64,000 nucleotides of DNA from Lysobacter sp. (GTDB lineage: Bacteria; Pseudomonadota; Gammaproteobacteria; Xanthomonadales; Xanthomonadaceae). The notes beneath the pieces are model-generated. The model was not told the DNA's origin. It searched no databases and worked only from the letters and a program-made list of their open reading frames with translations. How positions within the stretch are numbered: the first letter of the stretch is position 1; each line of letters opens with the position of its first letter. Shown here in pieces: positions 11,273 through 22,060 of the stretch. The position numbers and the translations under genes were made by a program. The stretch spans positions 137 to 64,136 of the forward strand of contig JAKFCN010000045.1 in NCBI GenBank assembly GCA_036676625.1, in the 5' to 3' direction.

Positions 11273-11848
11273 ATGAACCGATCTGCCGCAGATACCGCCT
11301 TCGCTCCCGGCCCGCTGGTCCTGGCCGCGCTGATCTTCGTGGCCGCGCTGTCGCGGCTGCTGCCGCATCCGCCGAACTTCTCGCCGGTGGAAGCGATCGC
11401 GCTGTTCGGCGGCGCGTATTTCGCCTCGCGCGCATGGGCGCTGGCGGTGCCGCTGATCGCGCTGCTGGTCTCGGACCTGGTGATGGGAGCGGTGATCGGC
11501 GCCAGCTACGCCAGCTACATCGGCGGCATCAGTTTCTGGTCGGTGTATGCCTGCATCGCGCTGTCGACGCTGCTGGGCTTCGGCCTGCGCGGCAAGGTGG
11601 GCGGCGCACGCGTGCTCGGCTATTCGCTGGCCGGCTCGGTGCTGTTCTTCGTCGTCACCAACTTCGGCGCATGGCTGGGCTCGCCGATCTATCCGCAATC
11701 GGGCGCCGGCCTGGTGGCGGCCTATGCCGCCGGCATTCCGTTCTTCCAGTGGACCGTGCTCGGCACCCTGGCCTACGCCGCGATCCTGTTCGGCGGCTTC
11801 GCGCTGCTGCGGCGGCGCCTGCCGGCGTTGCGCGCGCAGACGGTATAA
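11273..11848 (+). CDS. DUF6580-like membrane protein (putative transporter, ECF S-component-like)
   Basis: Multi-TM protein of about 190 aa with RLLPHPPNFSP and FFVVTNFGAW...Y...GIPFF motifs; start could instead be 11264. Confidence 0.75.
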   Translation: MNRSAADTAFAPGPLVLAALIFVAALSRLLPHPPNFSPVEAIALFGGAYFASRAWALAVPLIALLVSDLVMGAVIGASYASYIGGISFWSVYACIALSTLLGFGLRGKVGGARVLGYSLAGSVLFFVVTNFGAWLGSPIYPQSGAGLVAAYAAGIPFFQWTVLGTLAYAAILFGGFALLRRRLPALRAQTV

Positions 11849-11860
11849 GCGCGGCCCGCG

Positions 11861-12424
11861 ATGGGCAACCGCCTCTCGAAGATCTACACCCGCACCGGCG
11901 ACGATGGCAGCACCGGGCTCGGCGACGGCACCCGGGTGGCCAAGGATTCCGCGCGGGTCGCGGCCTACGGCACCGTCGACGAAGCCAATTCCGCGATCGG
12001 CCTGTTGCTGGCCGCCGAGCTTCCCGAGCCCGTCCGCGCGCTGCTGACCACGATCCAGCACCAGCTGTTCGACCTCGGCGGCGAGCTTTGCATCCCGGGG
12101 CATGCCGCGATCCAGGATGCCGACGTCACCGCGCTGGAACAGGCACTCGATGCGCACAATGCCGAGCTGCCGCCGCTGCGCGAATTCATCCTGCCCGGCG
12201 GTGGCGATGCCGCGGCGCGCTGCCACGTGGCGCGCACCGTCGTGCGCCGTGCCGAGCGCGAGGCGGTGGCGCTGGCCCGCGACGAGGACGTGCGCCCGCA
12301 GGCGGTGCACTACCTCAACCGCCTCTCCGACCTGTTGTTCGTGCTGGCACGGGTGCTGGCGCGTGCCGATGGCCACGGCGAGGTCACCTGGAAGCACGAG
12401 CGGCGCAACCCGCGACCCGCATAG
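11861..12424 (+). CDS. PduO-type ATP:cob(I)alamin adenosyltransferase
   Basis: KIYTRTGDDGST, YGTVDEANS, RRAER and YLNRLSDLLF motifs. Confidence 0.95.
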   Translation: MGNRLSKIYTRTGDDGSTGLGDGTRVAKDSARVAAYGTVDEANSAIGLLLAAELPEPVRALLTTIQHQLFDLGGELCIPGHAAIQDADVTALEQALDAHNAELPPLREFILPGGGDAAARCHVARTVVRRAEREAVALARDEDVRPQAVHYLNRLSDLLFVLARVLARADGHGEVTWKHERRNPRPA

Positions 12425-12497
12425 GTTGATCGCCTGCATTGCCGGTACACAAGGGATGGGGCAAGCTAACCGCCGTTTTCGCCCGATGGACGCCTGC

Positions 12498-14861
12498 GTG
12501 CGCAAAGCCCTTCGATTGCTGCCATTGCCGGCCTGTATCGCCCTGTCCATGGCTGCCCATGTCGCCCATGCCGCCGATGATCGGCCGCAGGACTGGAAGC
12601 TGTGCCCGGTCCAGGACGCGGTCCCGGCCTTCGCCGACGCCCAGCAGTCTTCCGCCATCACCGGCGCCCGGGTCGACCAGCCTACCGATATCGAGGGCGA
12701 CCAGCTCAGCGGCACCGAGGCCAGCCGCCAGTTCGAGGGCAACGTCGCGCTGCGCCGTGGCGACCAGTTCCTCGGCACCGACAAGCTCACCTTCGACAGC
12801 GAGACCAGCCAGTACGTCGCCACCGGCAGCGTGCGCTACCAGGATTCCGGCATGCGCCTGGTGGCCGACAAGGCCGAGGGCAACCAGGAATCCGATCGCC
12901 ACGACCTGCAGAACGTGCGCTACCAGCTGGTGTCGCGGCGCGGCAACGGCGGCGCGAGCCATATCGAGATGCAGGGTCCGCAGGGCACGCTGTTTGGTGC
13001 GACCTATTCCACCTGCCCGCCCGATGCCCGCAGCTGGGAGTTGCGCGCGCAGCGGATCGACGTGAACACCGACACCGGCATGGGCGTCGCCCACAATGCG
13101 ACCCTGCGGGTGGGCAAGGTCCCGGTGCTGTACGTGCCCTGGTTCCCGTTCCCGATCGACAACCGGCGCCGCACCGGCCTGCTCTATCCCGGCATCGGCT
13201 CCTCCGGCCGCAACGGCTTCGACTATCGCCAGCCGATCTACCTCAACCTTGCCCCCAACTACGACGCCACCATCACCCCGCGGCTGATGACCAGCCGTGG
13301 CCTGCAGCTGGGCGCGCAGTTCCGTTACCTCACCGACGCCGGTCGCGGCACCGTCGAGTTCGCCTACCTGCCGTCAGACAAGCTCACCGACCGCGAGCGC
13401 GACGACGAGACCGCGGAATTCCTGACCAACGGCTATCCGCTGGCCAATCGCCGCGAAGACGACCGTGCCTGGTTCCATTTCAACGGCAGCCAGGACCTGT
13501 TCGCCGGCTGGCAGGCGCGCGCGAACCTGAACTGGATCAGCGATCCGCGCTACCTAGAGGACTTCAGCAGCAACATCGATGGGCTGGCGCCCTACTCGCT
13601 GTACAGCAATATCGGCATCTACGGGCACGGCCGGCATTGGGAAGCCGGGGTCATGGCCGACCATCAGCAACTCGCCGACTACACCCTGGACGACGCCATC
13701 CTGCCTCACGACCGCCTGCCGCGCGCCTTCCTGAGCTGGGACCAGCCGCTGCAGTCCTGGCTGATGGCAGGGCTGGACGCCGAGGCGGTGCGCTTCCAGC
13801 ATCCGGACCGGCCCGGCGGCAGCCGCCTCGACTTCGAGCCCTACCTGAGCATGCCGCTGCTCGGGTCGAGCTGGTTCATGACGCCCAAGATCGCCTGGCG
13901 TTACACCGCTTACCAGCTCGACGACGAACTCGCCGCCAGCCTCGGCGACGACGCTCCGACCCGCAGCCTGCCGGTCGCCTCGTTCGACGCCGGCCTGTTC
14001 TTCGACCGCAGCACCAGCATCGGCGGTACCAGCTACCTGCAGACCCTGGAGCCGCGCCTGTACTACCTGCGCGTGCCCTACCGCGACCAGGCCGGGCTGC
14101 CGCTGTTCGACACCCGGCCGATGACCTTCAGCTGGGGCCAGCTGTTCCGCGAGAACCGCTACACCGGCGCCGACCGCCAGAGCGACGCCAACCAGCTGAC
14201 GCTGGCGGTGTCCACCCGGCTGCTGCGCCAGGCCGATGGCCGCGAAAAACTGTCCGCCAGCCTCGGCCAGATCCGCTACTTCGACGAATCCCGGGTCACG
14301 GTGCCCGGCGAGGTGCCGGTGGAGCGCGGCAAGTCGGCGTGGGTCGCCGATGCGAGCTACGCGGTCAACGACCGTTGGAGCGTCGGCGGGTCCTACCAAT
14401 GGGACCCGAAGTTCCGGCGCAAGGACCTGGCCAGCGTGCGCACCCGCTACCTGATCGGCGACGACGGCATCGTCAACCTCGGCTACCGCTACCGCCGCGA
14501 CCTGCTCGAACAGGTCGACCTGAGCTTCCTGTATCCGCTCACGCCCGCGTGGAGCGTGGTCGGCCGCTACTACTACTCGATCCACGACAGCCAGCTGCTG
14601 GAGGGCATCGCCGGCCTGCAGTGGAACAGCTGCTGCATGGCGGTGCGACTGGTGGGCCGCCGCTACCTGCACAACCGCCTCGGGGAACTCGGCAATTCGA
14701 TCCAGGTCGAAGTGGAATTGAAGGGCCTGGGTTCGGCCGGCCCGGACACGGAGAGCCGTTTGCGCCGTGCTATCCTCGGTTACTACCGCGAGGATCTCTA
14801 CCTCGTGCCGCCGCCGCAAGCCAGCGACGACGACGCCAATTCCCTCGACGTGGTGCCATGA
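12498..14861 (+). CDS. lptD: LPS assembly outer-membrane protein LptD
   Basis: Signal peptide; YSTCPP, YLNLAPNYDAT and WNSCC motifs; upstream of surA; GTG start inferred. Confidence 0.95.
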   Translation: MRKALRLLPLPACIALSMAAHVAHAADDRPQDWKLCPVQDAVPAFADAQQSSAITGARVDQPTDIEGDQLSGTEASRQFEGNVALRRGDQFLGTDKLTFDSETSQYVATGSVRYQDSGMRLVADKAEGNQESDRHDLQNVRYQLVSRRGNGGASHIEMQGPQGTLFGATYSTCPPDARSWELRAQRIDVNTDTGMGVAHNATLRVGKVPVLYVPWFPFPIDNRRRTGLLYPGIGSSGRNGFDYRQPIYLNLAPNYDATITPRLMTSRGLQLGAQFRYLTDAGRGTVEFAYLPSDKLTDRERDDETAEFLTNGYPLANRREDDRAWFHFNGSQDLFAGWQARANLNWISDPRYLEDFSSNIDGLAPYSLYSNIGIYGHGRHWEAGVMADHQQLADYTLDDAILPHDRLPRAFLSWDQPLQSWLMAGLDAEAVRFQHPDRPGGSRLDFEPYLSMPLLGSSWFMTPKIAWRYTAYQLDDELAASLGDDAPTRSLPVASFDAGLFFDRSTSIGGTSYLQTLEPRLYYLRVPYRDQAGLPLFDTRPMTFSWGQLFRENRYTGADRQSDANQLTLAVSTRLLRQADGREKLSASLGQIRYFDESRVTVPGEVPVERGKSAWVADASYAVNDRWSVGGSYQWDPKFRRKDLASVRTRYLIGDDGIVNLGYRYRRDLLEQVDLSFLYPLTPAWSVVGRYYYSIHDSQLLEGIAGLQWNSCCMAVRLVGRRYLHNRLGELGNSIQVEVELKGLGSAGPDTESRLRRAILGYYREDLYLVPPPQASDDDANSLDVVP

Positions 14862-16222
14862 ACCGACTGACCGCCAGCTTCCTCGCCGTCGCCGTCGCCG
14901 GCCTTTGCTGGGCGATGCCCGCGATCCCGGCCGCCGCCCAGCAGATGCAACCCCTGGACCGCATCGTCGCCGTGGTCAACGAGGACGTGATCCTGCGCTC
15001 GGAACTCGACCGTGCGCTGGTGAACATCCGCTCGCAGTACGCCGGCCAGAGCGACCAGTTGCCGCCCGCGGACATCCTCGAGCGACAGGTGCTGGAACGC
15101 CTGGTCCTGATGCGCCTGCAGGTGGCGCAGGCCCAGACATCCGGCATCCAGGTGAGCGACACCGAACTGGATTCGGCGATCGCCAACATCGCCAGCCAGA
15201 ACCAGCTCAGCATCGGCCAGCTCACCACCCAGCTGGCGGCCGACGGCATGACCCTGGCCGACCTGCGCAGGTCGGTGAGCGACGAGATCGCCACCCAGCG
15301 CCTGCGGCAGAGTTTTGCCCAGGGCCGCATCAGCGTCAGCGAGGGTGAAATCGATGCCGCGATGGCGACCCAGGCGGGCGGCAGCCAGTACCACCTGGCC
15401 CACATCCTGGTCGGCCTGCCCGAAGGCGCGACCCCGGACCAGATCGCCGTCGCGGTGAAGAAGGTCGAAGGCATCAAGGCCCTGCTCGACAAGGGCGAGA
15501 TCGCGTTCGCCGCCGCAGCGGTGCGCTACTCCGACAGCCCCAATGCGCTCGAAGGCGGCGACCTCGGCTGGCGCAGCCTGGACGAGATCCCGCCGGCGTT
15601 CGCGCAGGCCATCGGCGGCCTGCACGCCGGCGATGTGATCGGCCCGATCCGCGGTCCCAGCGGCTTCCAGCTGCTGCAGCTGGTGGAAATCCGTGCCGCC
15701 GACGCTGCCGGGCCCGCCACCGCCACCCAGCTGCAGGCGCGCCATATCCTCGTGAAGGGTGAGGATGCCGAGGCCAAGGCAAAGCTGGAGACGCTGCGCG
15801 CGCGCATCACCGGTGGCGCCGACTTCGCCACCCTGGCGAAGGAGAATTCGCAGGACCAGGCCAGCGCCGACAAGGGTGGCGAACTCGGCTGGTTCACCCA
15901 GGACACCTACGGCGCCGATTTCGGCGCCCAGGTCGCGGCATTGCAGGACGGACAGGTCTCGGCGCCGTTCAAGACCGCGGCCGGCTGGCACATCGTCCTG
16001 CGCGAAGGTTCGCGCCAGGTCGCCGCCGCCGACGACAACCTGCGCCAGCGCGTGCGCGAGAGCATCGGCCAGCGCAAGCTCGGGGAAGAATGGGAGCGCT
16101 ACCTGCGCGAGATGCGCGGCGAAGCCTACGTCGACATCCGCCTTGGCCAGGACGCAGCCGCCACCACGCCTGCGCCTGCCGCCGCTCCCGCTCCCGTTCC
16201 CGCTCCCGCAAGCGGCGATTGA
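14858..16222 (+). CDS. surA: Periplasmic chaperone/PPIase SurA
   Basis: DRIVAVVNEDVI N-domain and two parvulin domains (HIL...GGDLGW, HIL...GGELGW). Confidence 0.95.
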   Translation: MNRLTASFLAVAVAGLCWAMPAIPAAAQQMQPLDRIVAVVNEDVILRSELDRALVNIRSQYAGQSDQLPPADILERQVLERLVLMRLQVAQAQTSGIQVSDTELDSAIANIASQNQLSIGQLTTQLAADGMTLADLRRSVSDEIATQRLRQSFAQGRISVSEGEIDAAMATQAGGSQYHLAHILVGLPEGATPDQIAVAVKKVEGIKALLDKGEIAFAAAAVRYSDSPNALEGGDLGWRSLDEIPPAFAQAIGGLHAGDVIGPIRGPSGFQLLQLVEIRAADAAGPATATQLQARHILVKGEDAEAKAKLETLRARITGGADFATLAKENSQDQASADKGGELGWFTQDTYGADFGAQVAALQDGQVSAPFKTAAGWHIVLREGSRQVAAADDNLRQRVRESIGQRKLGEEWERYLREMRGEAYVDIRLGQDAAATTPAPAAAPAPVPAPASGD

Positions 16223-17211
16223 TGCCGCGCCCGCGGCTGGCGCTGGTCCCGGGCGAGCCGGCCGGCGTCGGCCCGGAGTTGTGCGTACGCGCCGCCCAGC
16301 GCGACTGGAACGCCAACCTCACCGCCTTCGGCGACGGCCGCAGCCTGCTGGCCGCCGCGGCCGCGCTCGGGTTGCCGTTGACGCTGGCTCCGGCAGGTGC
16401 CGACAGCGCGCCCGGGGTACTGCCGCTGTTCGCTGTCCCCGCCCCGGTCGCCACCCGCTTCGGCCGGCTCGAGCCCGCCAACGCGGCGAGCACCATCACC
16501 GCGCTCGAACAAGCCGGCGCCGCCTGCCTGCGCGGCGACTTCGCAGGACTGGTCACCGGTCCGGTGCACAAGGCCGCGATCAACGACGGCGGCATCGCCT
16601 ACACCGGAACCACCGGGCTGCTGGCCGCGCAGGCAGGCTGCGGGGTGGTGATGATGCTGGCCAACGACATCGTCCGGGTCGCACTGGCGACCACCCACCT
16701 GCCGTTGCGTGCGGTGGCCGATGCCATTACCGCGGACGGGCTGGCGCGCAGCCTGCGCATCCTGCATGCATCGCTGCTTGTGGATTTCGGCATCGCCGCG
16801 CCGCGGATCGCGGTGCTCGGGCTCAACCCCCATGCGGGTGAGGACGGCCACATCGGCCGCGAGGAACTGGACGTGATCGGGCCGACCGTCGAGCGGCTGC
16901 GCGCGGAAGGCATGGACCTGGCCGGGCCGCTGCCCGCCGACACTGCCTTCCTGCCGGCGAAGCTGGCGCAATGCGACGCGGTGCTGGCGATGTACCACGA
17001 CCAGGGCCTGCCGGTCCTCAAGTACAGCGGCTTCGAGCGCGCGGTGAATCTCACCCTCGGCCTGCCCTACCCGCGGGTGGCGGTCGACCACGGCACCGCG
17101 CTGGACATCGCCGGCCGGGGCAGCGCGGATCCATCGAGCCTGTTCGCCGCGATCGAGACCTGTGCAAGCCTGGCCCGCGCGCGGCTGGCGCGCATGCGGC
17201 CCCGGGCATGA
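16222..17211 (+). CDS. pdxA: 4-hydroxythreonine-4-phosphate dehydrogenase
   Basis: GEPAGVGPE, GLNPHAGE, MYHDQG and DHGTA motifs. Confidence 0.95.
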   Translation: MPRPRLALVPGEPAGVGPELCVRAAQRDWNANLTAFGDGRSLLAAAAALGLPLTLAPAGADSAPGVLPLFAVPAPVATRFGRLEPANAASTITALEQAGAACLRGDFAGLVTGPVHKAAINDGGIAYTGTTGLLAAQAGCGVVMMLANDIVRVALATTHLPLRAVADAITADGLARSLRILHASLLVDFGIAAPRIAVLGLNPHAGEDGHIGREELDVIGPTVERLRAEGMDLAGPLPADTAFLPAKLAQCDAVLAMYHDQGLPVLKYSGFERAVNLTLGLPYPRVAVDHGTALDIAGRGSADPSSLFAAIETCASLARARLARMRPRA

Positions 17212-18020
17212 GCCGGCGCCCCGGCCACGACGAACGCGACGCGGACGGCTTCCGGCGCGACGCCAAGAAGCACCTCGGGCAGAACTTCCTGCACGAGCGC
17301 GGGGTGATCGACAGGATCGTGCTGGCGATCGACCCGCAGCCGGGCGACCGCATCGTCGAGATCGGTCCCGGCCAGGGCGCGCTGACCCTGCCGCTGCTCG
17401 ACCGCCACGGTGCGCTGACGGCAATCGAGTTCGATCGCGACCTGCTGCAGCCGCTGGCCGCGGCGGCGCGCGCGCATGGCGAGCTCACCCTGCTCAACGC
17501 CAACGTGCTCGACATCGACTTCACCGCGCTCGCCGACGATGCGCCGTTGCGGCTGGTCGGCAACCTGCCCTACAACCTGTCCTCGCCGATCCTGTTCCAT
17601 GCCCTCGACCACGCCGCAGCCATCCGCGACATGCATTTCATGCTGCAGAAGGAAGTGGTGGAGCGCATGGCGTCCGCGCCGGGCAGCAAGGTCTACGGCC
17701 GCCTGAGCGTGATGCTGCAGGCGTACTGCAAGGTGACGCCGTTGTTCACGGTGCCGCCAGGCGCGTTCCGGCCCGCGCCCAAGGTCGATTCCGCGGTGGT
17801 GCGGCTGCAGCCGCGGCCACCGGCGGAAATCGGCATCGACGATCCGGCGCGCTTCACGCAGGTGGTGCGGGCCGCCTTCGGCCAGCGCCGCAAGACCCTG
17901 CGCAACGCGCTTTCCGGCGTGCTGGACGCCGCCGCGATCGAAGCTGCCGGGCTGCGCCCCGACGCGCGCGCGGAGCAGCTTGCCGTCGCCGATTTCGTCC
18001 GCCTGGCGAACCTGCGCTGA
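17208..18020 (+). CDS. rsmA: 16S rRNA A1518/A1519 dimethyltransferase (KsgA)
   Basis: [21 protein letters not shown] and QRRKTLRN motifs. Confidence 0.96.
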   Translation: MSRRPGHDERDADGFRRDAKKHLGQNFLHERGVIDRIVLAIDPQPGDRIVEIGPGQGALTLPLLDRHGALTAIEFDRDLLQPLAAAARAHGELTLLNANVLDIDFTALADDAPLRLVGNLPYNLSSPILFHALDHAAAIRDMHFMLQKEVVERMASAPGSKVYGRLSVMLQAYCKVTPLFTVPPGAFRPAPKVDSAVVRLQPRPPAEIGIDDPARFTQVVRAAFGQRRKTLRNALSGVLDAAAIEAAGLRPDARAEQLAVADFVRLANLR

Positions 18021-18075
18021 CGCAATCGCGCGGGGCCCGTGCCTCGGGTTCACGCATCGCGTTTACACTGTGCGC

Positions 18076-18471
18076 ATGGACCAGAACCAGCCGGACAACG
18101 GCGAATACGCCCTGGGCATCGACGTCGACGCCCGCTACCTGGACGAGCAGTCGGAGCCCGAGCGCGACCGCTACGTCTTCGCCTACACCATCCACATCCG
18201 CAACACCGGCTCGGTGCCGGCGCGGTTGCTCGGCCGCCATTGGGTGATCACCGATGCCAACGGCAAGGTCGAGGAAGTGGTCGGCGACGGCGTAGTCGGC
18301 GAGCAGCCGTGGCTGCGCCCCGGCGACGACTTCACCTACACCTCCGGCGCGGTGCTGGAGACCCACCAGGGCACGATGCAGGGCACCTACGCGATGCTGG
18401 CGGACGACGGCACCCGCTTCCAGGCGCCGATCCCCGCCTTCGTGCTCGCCGTGCCGCGCACGCTGCACTGA
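18076..18471 (+). CDS. apaG: ApaG protein
   Basis: FAYTI, RHWVITD and GDGVVGEQP motifs; conserved operon position. Confidence 0.95.
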   Translation: MDQNQPDNGEYALGIDVDARYLDEQSEPERDRYVFAYTIHIRNTGSVPARLLGRHWVITDANGKVEEVVGDGVVGEQPWLRPGDDFTYTSGAVLETHQGTMQGTYAMLADDGTRFQAPIPAFVLAVPRTLH

Positions 18472-18489
18472 CGGCATGGGCATCCGGGC

Positions 18490-19335
18490 ATGAGTACCTG
18501 GGCGATAGGCGACCTCCAGGGCTGCTACGCACCGACCCAGCGGCTGCTGGAGCGGATCCGCTTCGATCCCGCGGTCGACCGGCTGTGGTTCTGCGGCGAC
18601 CTGGTCAACCGCGGCGGCGAATCGCTGGAAACGCTGCGCCTGGTGCACTCGCTGCGCGCCAACTGCGTCAGCGTGCTGGGCAACCACGACCTTTCGCTGC
18701 TGGCGATCGGCGAGCGCCGCCCCGAGGACCAGCGCAAGGTCAACCCCGACCTGCAGCGGGTGCTGTTCGCGCCCGACGCGCGCGAGCTGCTGGAGTGGCT
18801 GCGCACGCAGCCGCTGGTGCACGTCGACCGGGCGCTGGGGTGGATGATGGTGCACGCGGGGCTCGCGCCGAAATGGACCACTTCCCTGGCGCAGAAGCAC
18901 GCTTCGGAGATCGAGCAGAAACTGCGCGGCGACGGCTTCCGCAAGCTGCTGAAGAACATGTACGGCGACCGTCCCGCATGGTCGCCCGGACTGACCGGCC
19001 CCGAACGCGACCGCGCGATCATCAACGTCTTCACCCGCATGCGCTACTGCACGCCGCGTGGGCGCATCGCCTTCGACGAGAAGGGGCCACCGGGCACCCA
19101 GCAGGCAGGCCTGTATCCGTGGTATGCGGTGCCGGGGCACGCCGAGCGCGACCTGAAGATCGTCTGCGGGCACTGGTCGGCGCTCGGGCTGTTCGTCGGC
19201 CACGGCGTACACGCGATCGACACCGGCGCCGTGTGGGGCGGCAAGCTCACGGCGTTGCAGCTGGACAGCGAGGAATTGCGGATCGTGCAGGTGCCGGGGC
19301 GCGATGTGCCGGCCAATCCGCCGAAGCGTGAATGA
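18490..19335 (+). CDS. apaH: Symmetrical diadenosine tetraphosphatase
   Basis: GDLQGC, GDLVNRG, GNHD and DTGAVWG metallophosphatase motifs. Confidence 0.95.
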   Translation: MSTWAIGDLQGCYAPTQRLLERIRFDPAVDRLWFCGDLVNRGGESLETLRLVHSLRANCVSVLGNHDLSLLAIGERRPEDQRKVNPDLQRVLFAPDARELLEWLRTQPLVHVDRALGWMMVHAGLAPKWTTSLAQKHASEIEQKLRGDGFRKLLKNMYGDRPAWSPGLTGPERDRAIINVFTRMRYCTPRGRIAFDEKGPPGTQQAGLYPWYAVPGHAERDLKIVCGHWSALGLFVGHGVHAIDTGAVWGGKLTALQLDSEELRIVQVPGRDVPANPPKRE

Positions 19336-19347
19336 ATGAGGCCGCTC

Positions 19348-19845
19348 CTACAACCGTTCGTAGTCCACGAACTCGAAGGCGCAGGCATGTGTCGCGTCGA
19401 CGGGATGCGGCTGCCGCGACACCACCCGCCACTGCGCCGGGTCGAAGCGCGGGAAGTATGCGTCGGCACCCTCCACCACCGTATCCACCCAGGTCAGGTG
19501 CAGGCGCGCGGCGACCGGCAGGGTTTCCGCGAATACCTCGCCGCCACCGATCACGCACAGCTCCCGCGCGCCGTCTTCCTGCGTCCGCGCAAGCGCCTCC
19601 GCGACGCTGGCCACCGGCTCCATGCCATCGAACGGCACCCGGCCGCTGCGGGTCAGCACCAGGTTGCGGCGTCCGGGCAGCGCGCGGCCCAGCGATTCCG
19701 CGGTGCGCCGGCCCATCAGCAACGGCTTGCCCAGCGTCAGCGCCTTGAAGCGCCGGAGGTCGGCGGGCAGGTGCCACGGCAAGGCGTTGTGCCTGCCGAT
19801 CGCGAAGTTGCGGTCGAGCGCCGCCAGCAGCACCAGCGCGGTCAC
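19348..19845 (-). CDS. folA: Dihydrofolate reductase
   Basis: [20 protein letters not shown] and IGGG motifs; GTG start overlapping the thyA stop. Confidence 0.94.
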   Translation of the reverse strand: MTALVLLAALDRNFAIGRHNALPWHLPADLRRFKALTLGKPLLMGRRTAESLGRALPGRRNLVLTRSGRVPFDGMEPVASVAEALARTQEDGARELCVIGGGEVFAETLPVAARLHLTWVDTVVEGADAYFPRFDPAQWRVVSRQPHPVDATHACAFEFVDYERL

Positions 19846-20636
19846 ACCGCCACCGGCGCCTTGATCGCGGGCAACGGGTCGTAGCCTTCGATCGCGATGT
19901 CGTCGTAGCCGAAGGCGAACAGGTCGGTGACCGCCGGATCGAGCTTCAGCCTCGGCAACCTGCGCGGCGTGCGCGCCAGCTGCTCGCGCGCCTGCTCGAA
20001 GTGGTTCGAATACAGGTGCGCGTCGCCGAGGGTGTGCACGAAATCGCCGACGCCGAGCCCGCAGGCCTGCGCCACCATGTGGGTGAGCAGCGCGTAGCTG
20101 GCGATGTTGAACGGCACCCCGAGGAAGATGTCGCCGCTGCGCTGGTACAACTGGCAGCTGAGCCTGCCGTCGGCCACGTAGAACTGGAACAGCGCGTGGC
20201 ACGGCATCAACGCCATCTTCGGCAGGTCGGCGACGTTCCAGGCGCTGACGATCAGCCGCCGCGAGTCCGGGTTGCGCTTGATCTCCTCGACCACCCAGCG
20301 CACCTGGTCGATCTCGCTGCCGTCGGTGCCCACCCAGCGTCGCCACTGCTTGCCGTACACCGGGCCGAGTTCGCCGTGCTCGTCGGCCCATTCGTCCCAG
20401 ATCGAGACCTTGTTGTCGCGCAGGTAGGCGACGTTGGTCTCGCCCTTCAGGAACCACAGCAGCTCGTGCACGATCGAGCGCAGGTGCAGTTTCTTGGTGG
20501 TGACCAGCGGAAAGCCCTCGCTCAGGTCGAAGCGCAGCTGCCGGCCGAACACGCTGCGGGTGCCGGTGCCGGTGCGGTCGCCCTTGTCGGTGCCGTGCTC
20601 GAGCACCTCCCGCAACAGGTCGAGGTATTGCTTCAT
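19842..20636 (-). CDS. thyA: Thymidylate synthase
   Basis: DRTGTGT, PCH and [14 protein letters not shown] motifs; 264 aa. Confidence 0.98.
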   Translation of the reverse strand: MKQYLDLLREVLEHGTDKGDRTGTGTRSVFGRQLRFDLSEGFPLVTTKKLHLRSIVHELLWFLKGETNVAYLRDNKVSIWDEWADEHGELGPVYGKQWRRWVGTDGSEIDQVRWVVEEIKRNPDSRRLIVSAWNVADLPKMALMPCHALFQFYVADGRLSCQLYQRSGDIFLGVPFNIASYALLTHMVAQACGLGVGDFVHTLGDAHLYSNHFEQAREQLARTPRRLPRLKLDPAVTDLFAFGYDDIAIEGYDPLPAIKAPVAV

Positions 20637-20648
20637 GACGTCATGGCC

Positions 20649-21533
20649 TCACTGCCGGCGCGACAGCCACAGCCAGTACAGGCCGAGCGCAACCAGCGGC
20701 AGGCTCAGCACCTGGCCCATGGTCAGCCAGCCGAAGGCGAGATAGCCGAGCTGGGCATCGGGCACGCGCACGAACTCGACGACGAAACGGAACACGCCAT
20801 ACAGCAGCGCGAACACGCCGGCCACTGCGTACCGCGGCCGCGGCTTGCGCGAGTACCACCACACCACCACGAACAGCACCAAGCCTTCCAGCAGCGCCTG
20901 GTACAACGGCGATGGGTGGCGCGCGTAGCGGTCGAGCGCGCCGCTGGCCTGCATCGCCTGCAACTGCACCGTCGTCAGCCCGGCCAGCTGCGATTCCGCA
21001 TGCGGAAACACCACGCCCCAGGCACCGTCGGTGTACTTGCCCCAGAGTTCGCCGTTGACGAAGTTTCCGATCCGGCCCAGGCCCAGCCCCGGCGCCACCA
21101 CCGGCGCCACGAAATCGATCACGTCGAACAGGTGCAGCCGGTGCCGGCGCGCCCACCACCAGGCCGCGACGCAGACGCCGAGCAGCCCGCCGTGGAAGCT
21201 CATCCCGCCTTCCCAGATCTTGAATACCTGGGCCGGATGCGCGAGGTAGCTCGAGAGGTCGTAGAACAGGATGTAGCCCAGGCGCCCGCCCAGGATCACG
21301 CCGAGCATGCCGTAGAACAGCAGGTCGCCGAAGGCGGTTTCGTCGATCCCCGGCAGCCGCCCGGCGCGGATCCGCCGGCGGCCCAGCCACCAGGCGATCG
21401 CGAATCCGAGCAGGTACATGACCCCGTACCAGTGCACCGCCGGATGGAATGTTGCGCCGAACAGCGTGAATTCCGGGAACTGGAGGGCGATCGGATCGAT
21501 CTGGTGCAGGTAGGGCGCCACCGGCGGCTCCAT
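20649..21533 (-). CDS. lgt: Prolipoprotein diacylglyceryl transferase
   Basis: [25 protein letters not shown] and HPSPLY motifs. Confidence 0.96.
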   Translation of the reverse strand: MEPPVAPYLHQIDPIALQFPEFTLFGATFHPAVHWYGVMYLLGFAIAWWLGRRRIRAGRLPGIDETAFGDLLFYGMLGVILGGRLGYILFYDLSSYLAHPAQVFKIWEGGMSFHGGLLGVCVAAWWWARRHRLHLFDVIDFVAPVVAPGLGLGRIGNFVNGELWGKYTDGAWGVVFPHAESQLAGLTTVQLQAMQASGALDRYARHPSPLYQALLEGLVLFVVVWWYSRKPRPRYAVAGVFALLYGVFRFVVEFVRVPDAQLGYLAFGWLTMGQVLSLPLVALGLYWLWLSRRQ

Positions 21534-21563
21534 TGTAGGTCCGGGCCCTATTGTGCCGGATGC

Positions 21564-22058
21564 TCAGAACAGGTGCGGCAGGTCGGGCAGTTCGTTGGCG
21601 CCGGACGCATCGCCGGCGCGCGGGAAGTGCCGCGCCAGCAGGGCCGATGCCGCCGTCACGCCCTGCACCGCGGCGCCCTCCGCATCACCCGCACGCAGGC
21701 GTTCCTCCATCAGCTGGCACACACCCCGCCACTGCTCGGGACTGACGCGCGCCGCCAGTGCGCGGTCGGCGACGATCTCGATGCGGTGGTCGGCCAGCAA
21801 CAGGTACAGCAGTACTCCGTTGCTGCCGGCGGTGTCCCACACCCGCAATTGCGCGAAAGCTTCCTGTGCCCGCGATCGCGCGTCCCGGGCGGCGAGCACC
21901 GCACGCAGCGGCAGCGCGGCCTCGACCGCGAAGCAGACCTCGCCATCGTGGCTGGCTTCACCTGTCGCGACCGCGGCCGCGATGCGCTGCATCGTGGCGG
22001 CCGGGAACAGCCGGGTGGCCGACGGCGCGAACAGATGGCGGACGAGGCGCGCGAGCAT
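21564..22058 (-). CDS. TPM domain protein
   Basis: VWDT...NGVLLY...IEIVADR and NELPD motifs; start may be GTG 22064. Confidence 0.85.
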   Translation of the reverse strand: MLARLVRHLFAPSATRLFPAATMQRIAAAVATGEASHDGEVCFAVEAALPLRAVLAARDARSRAQEAFAQLRVWDTAGSNGVLLYLLLADHRIEIVADRALAARVSPEQWRGVCQLMEERLRAGDAEGAAVQGVTAASALLARHFPRAGDASGANELPDLPHLF

Positions 22059-22060
22059 GC

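Noticed and set aside
12602-14857. Apparent long N-terminal extension of SurA
   Set aside because: Off-frame read of lptD; the SurA signal peptide begins at ATG 14858
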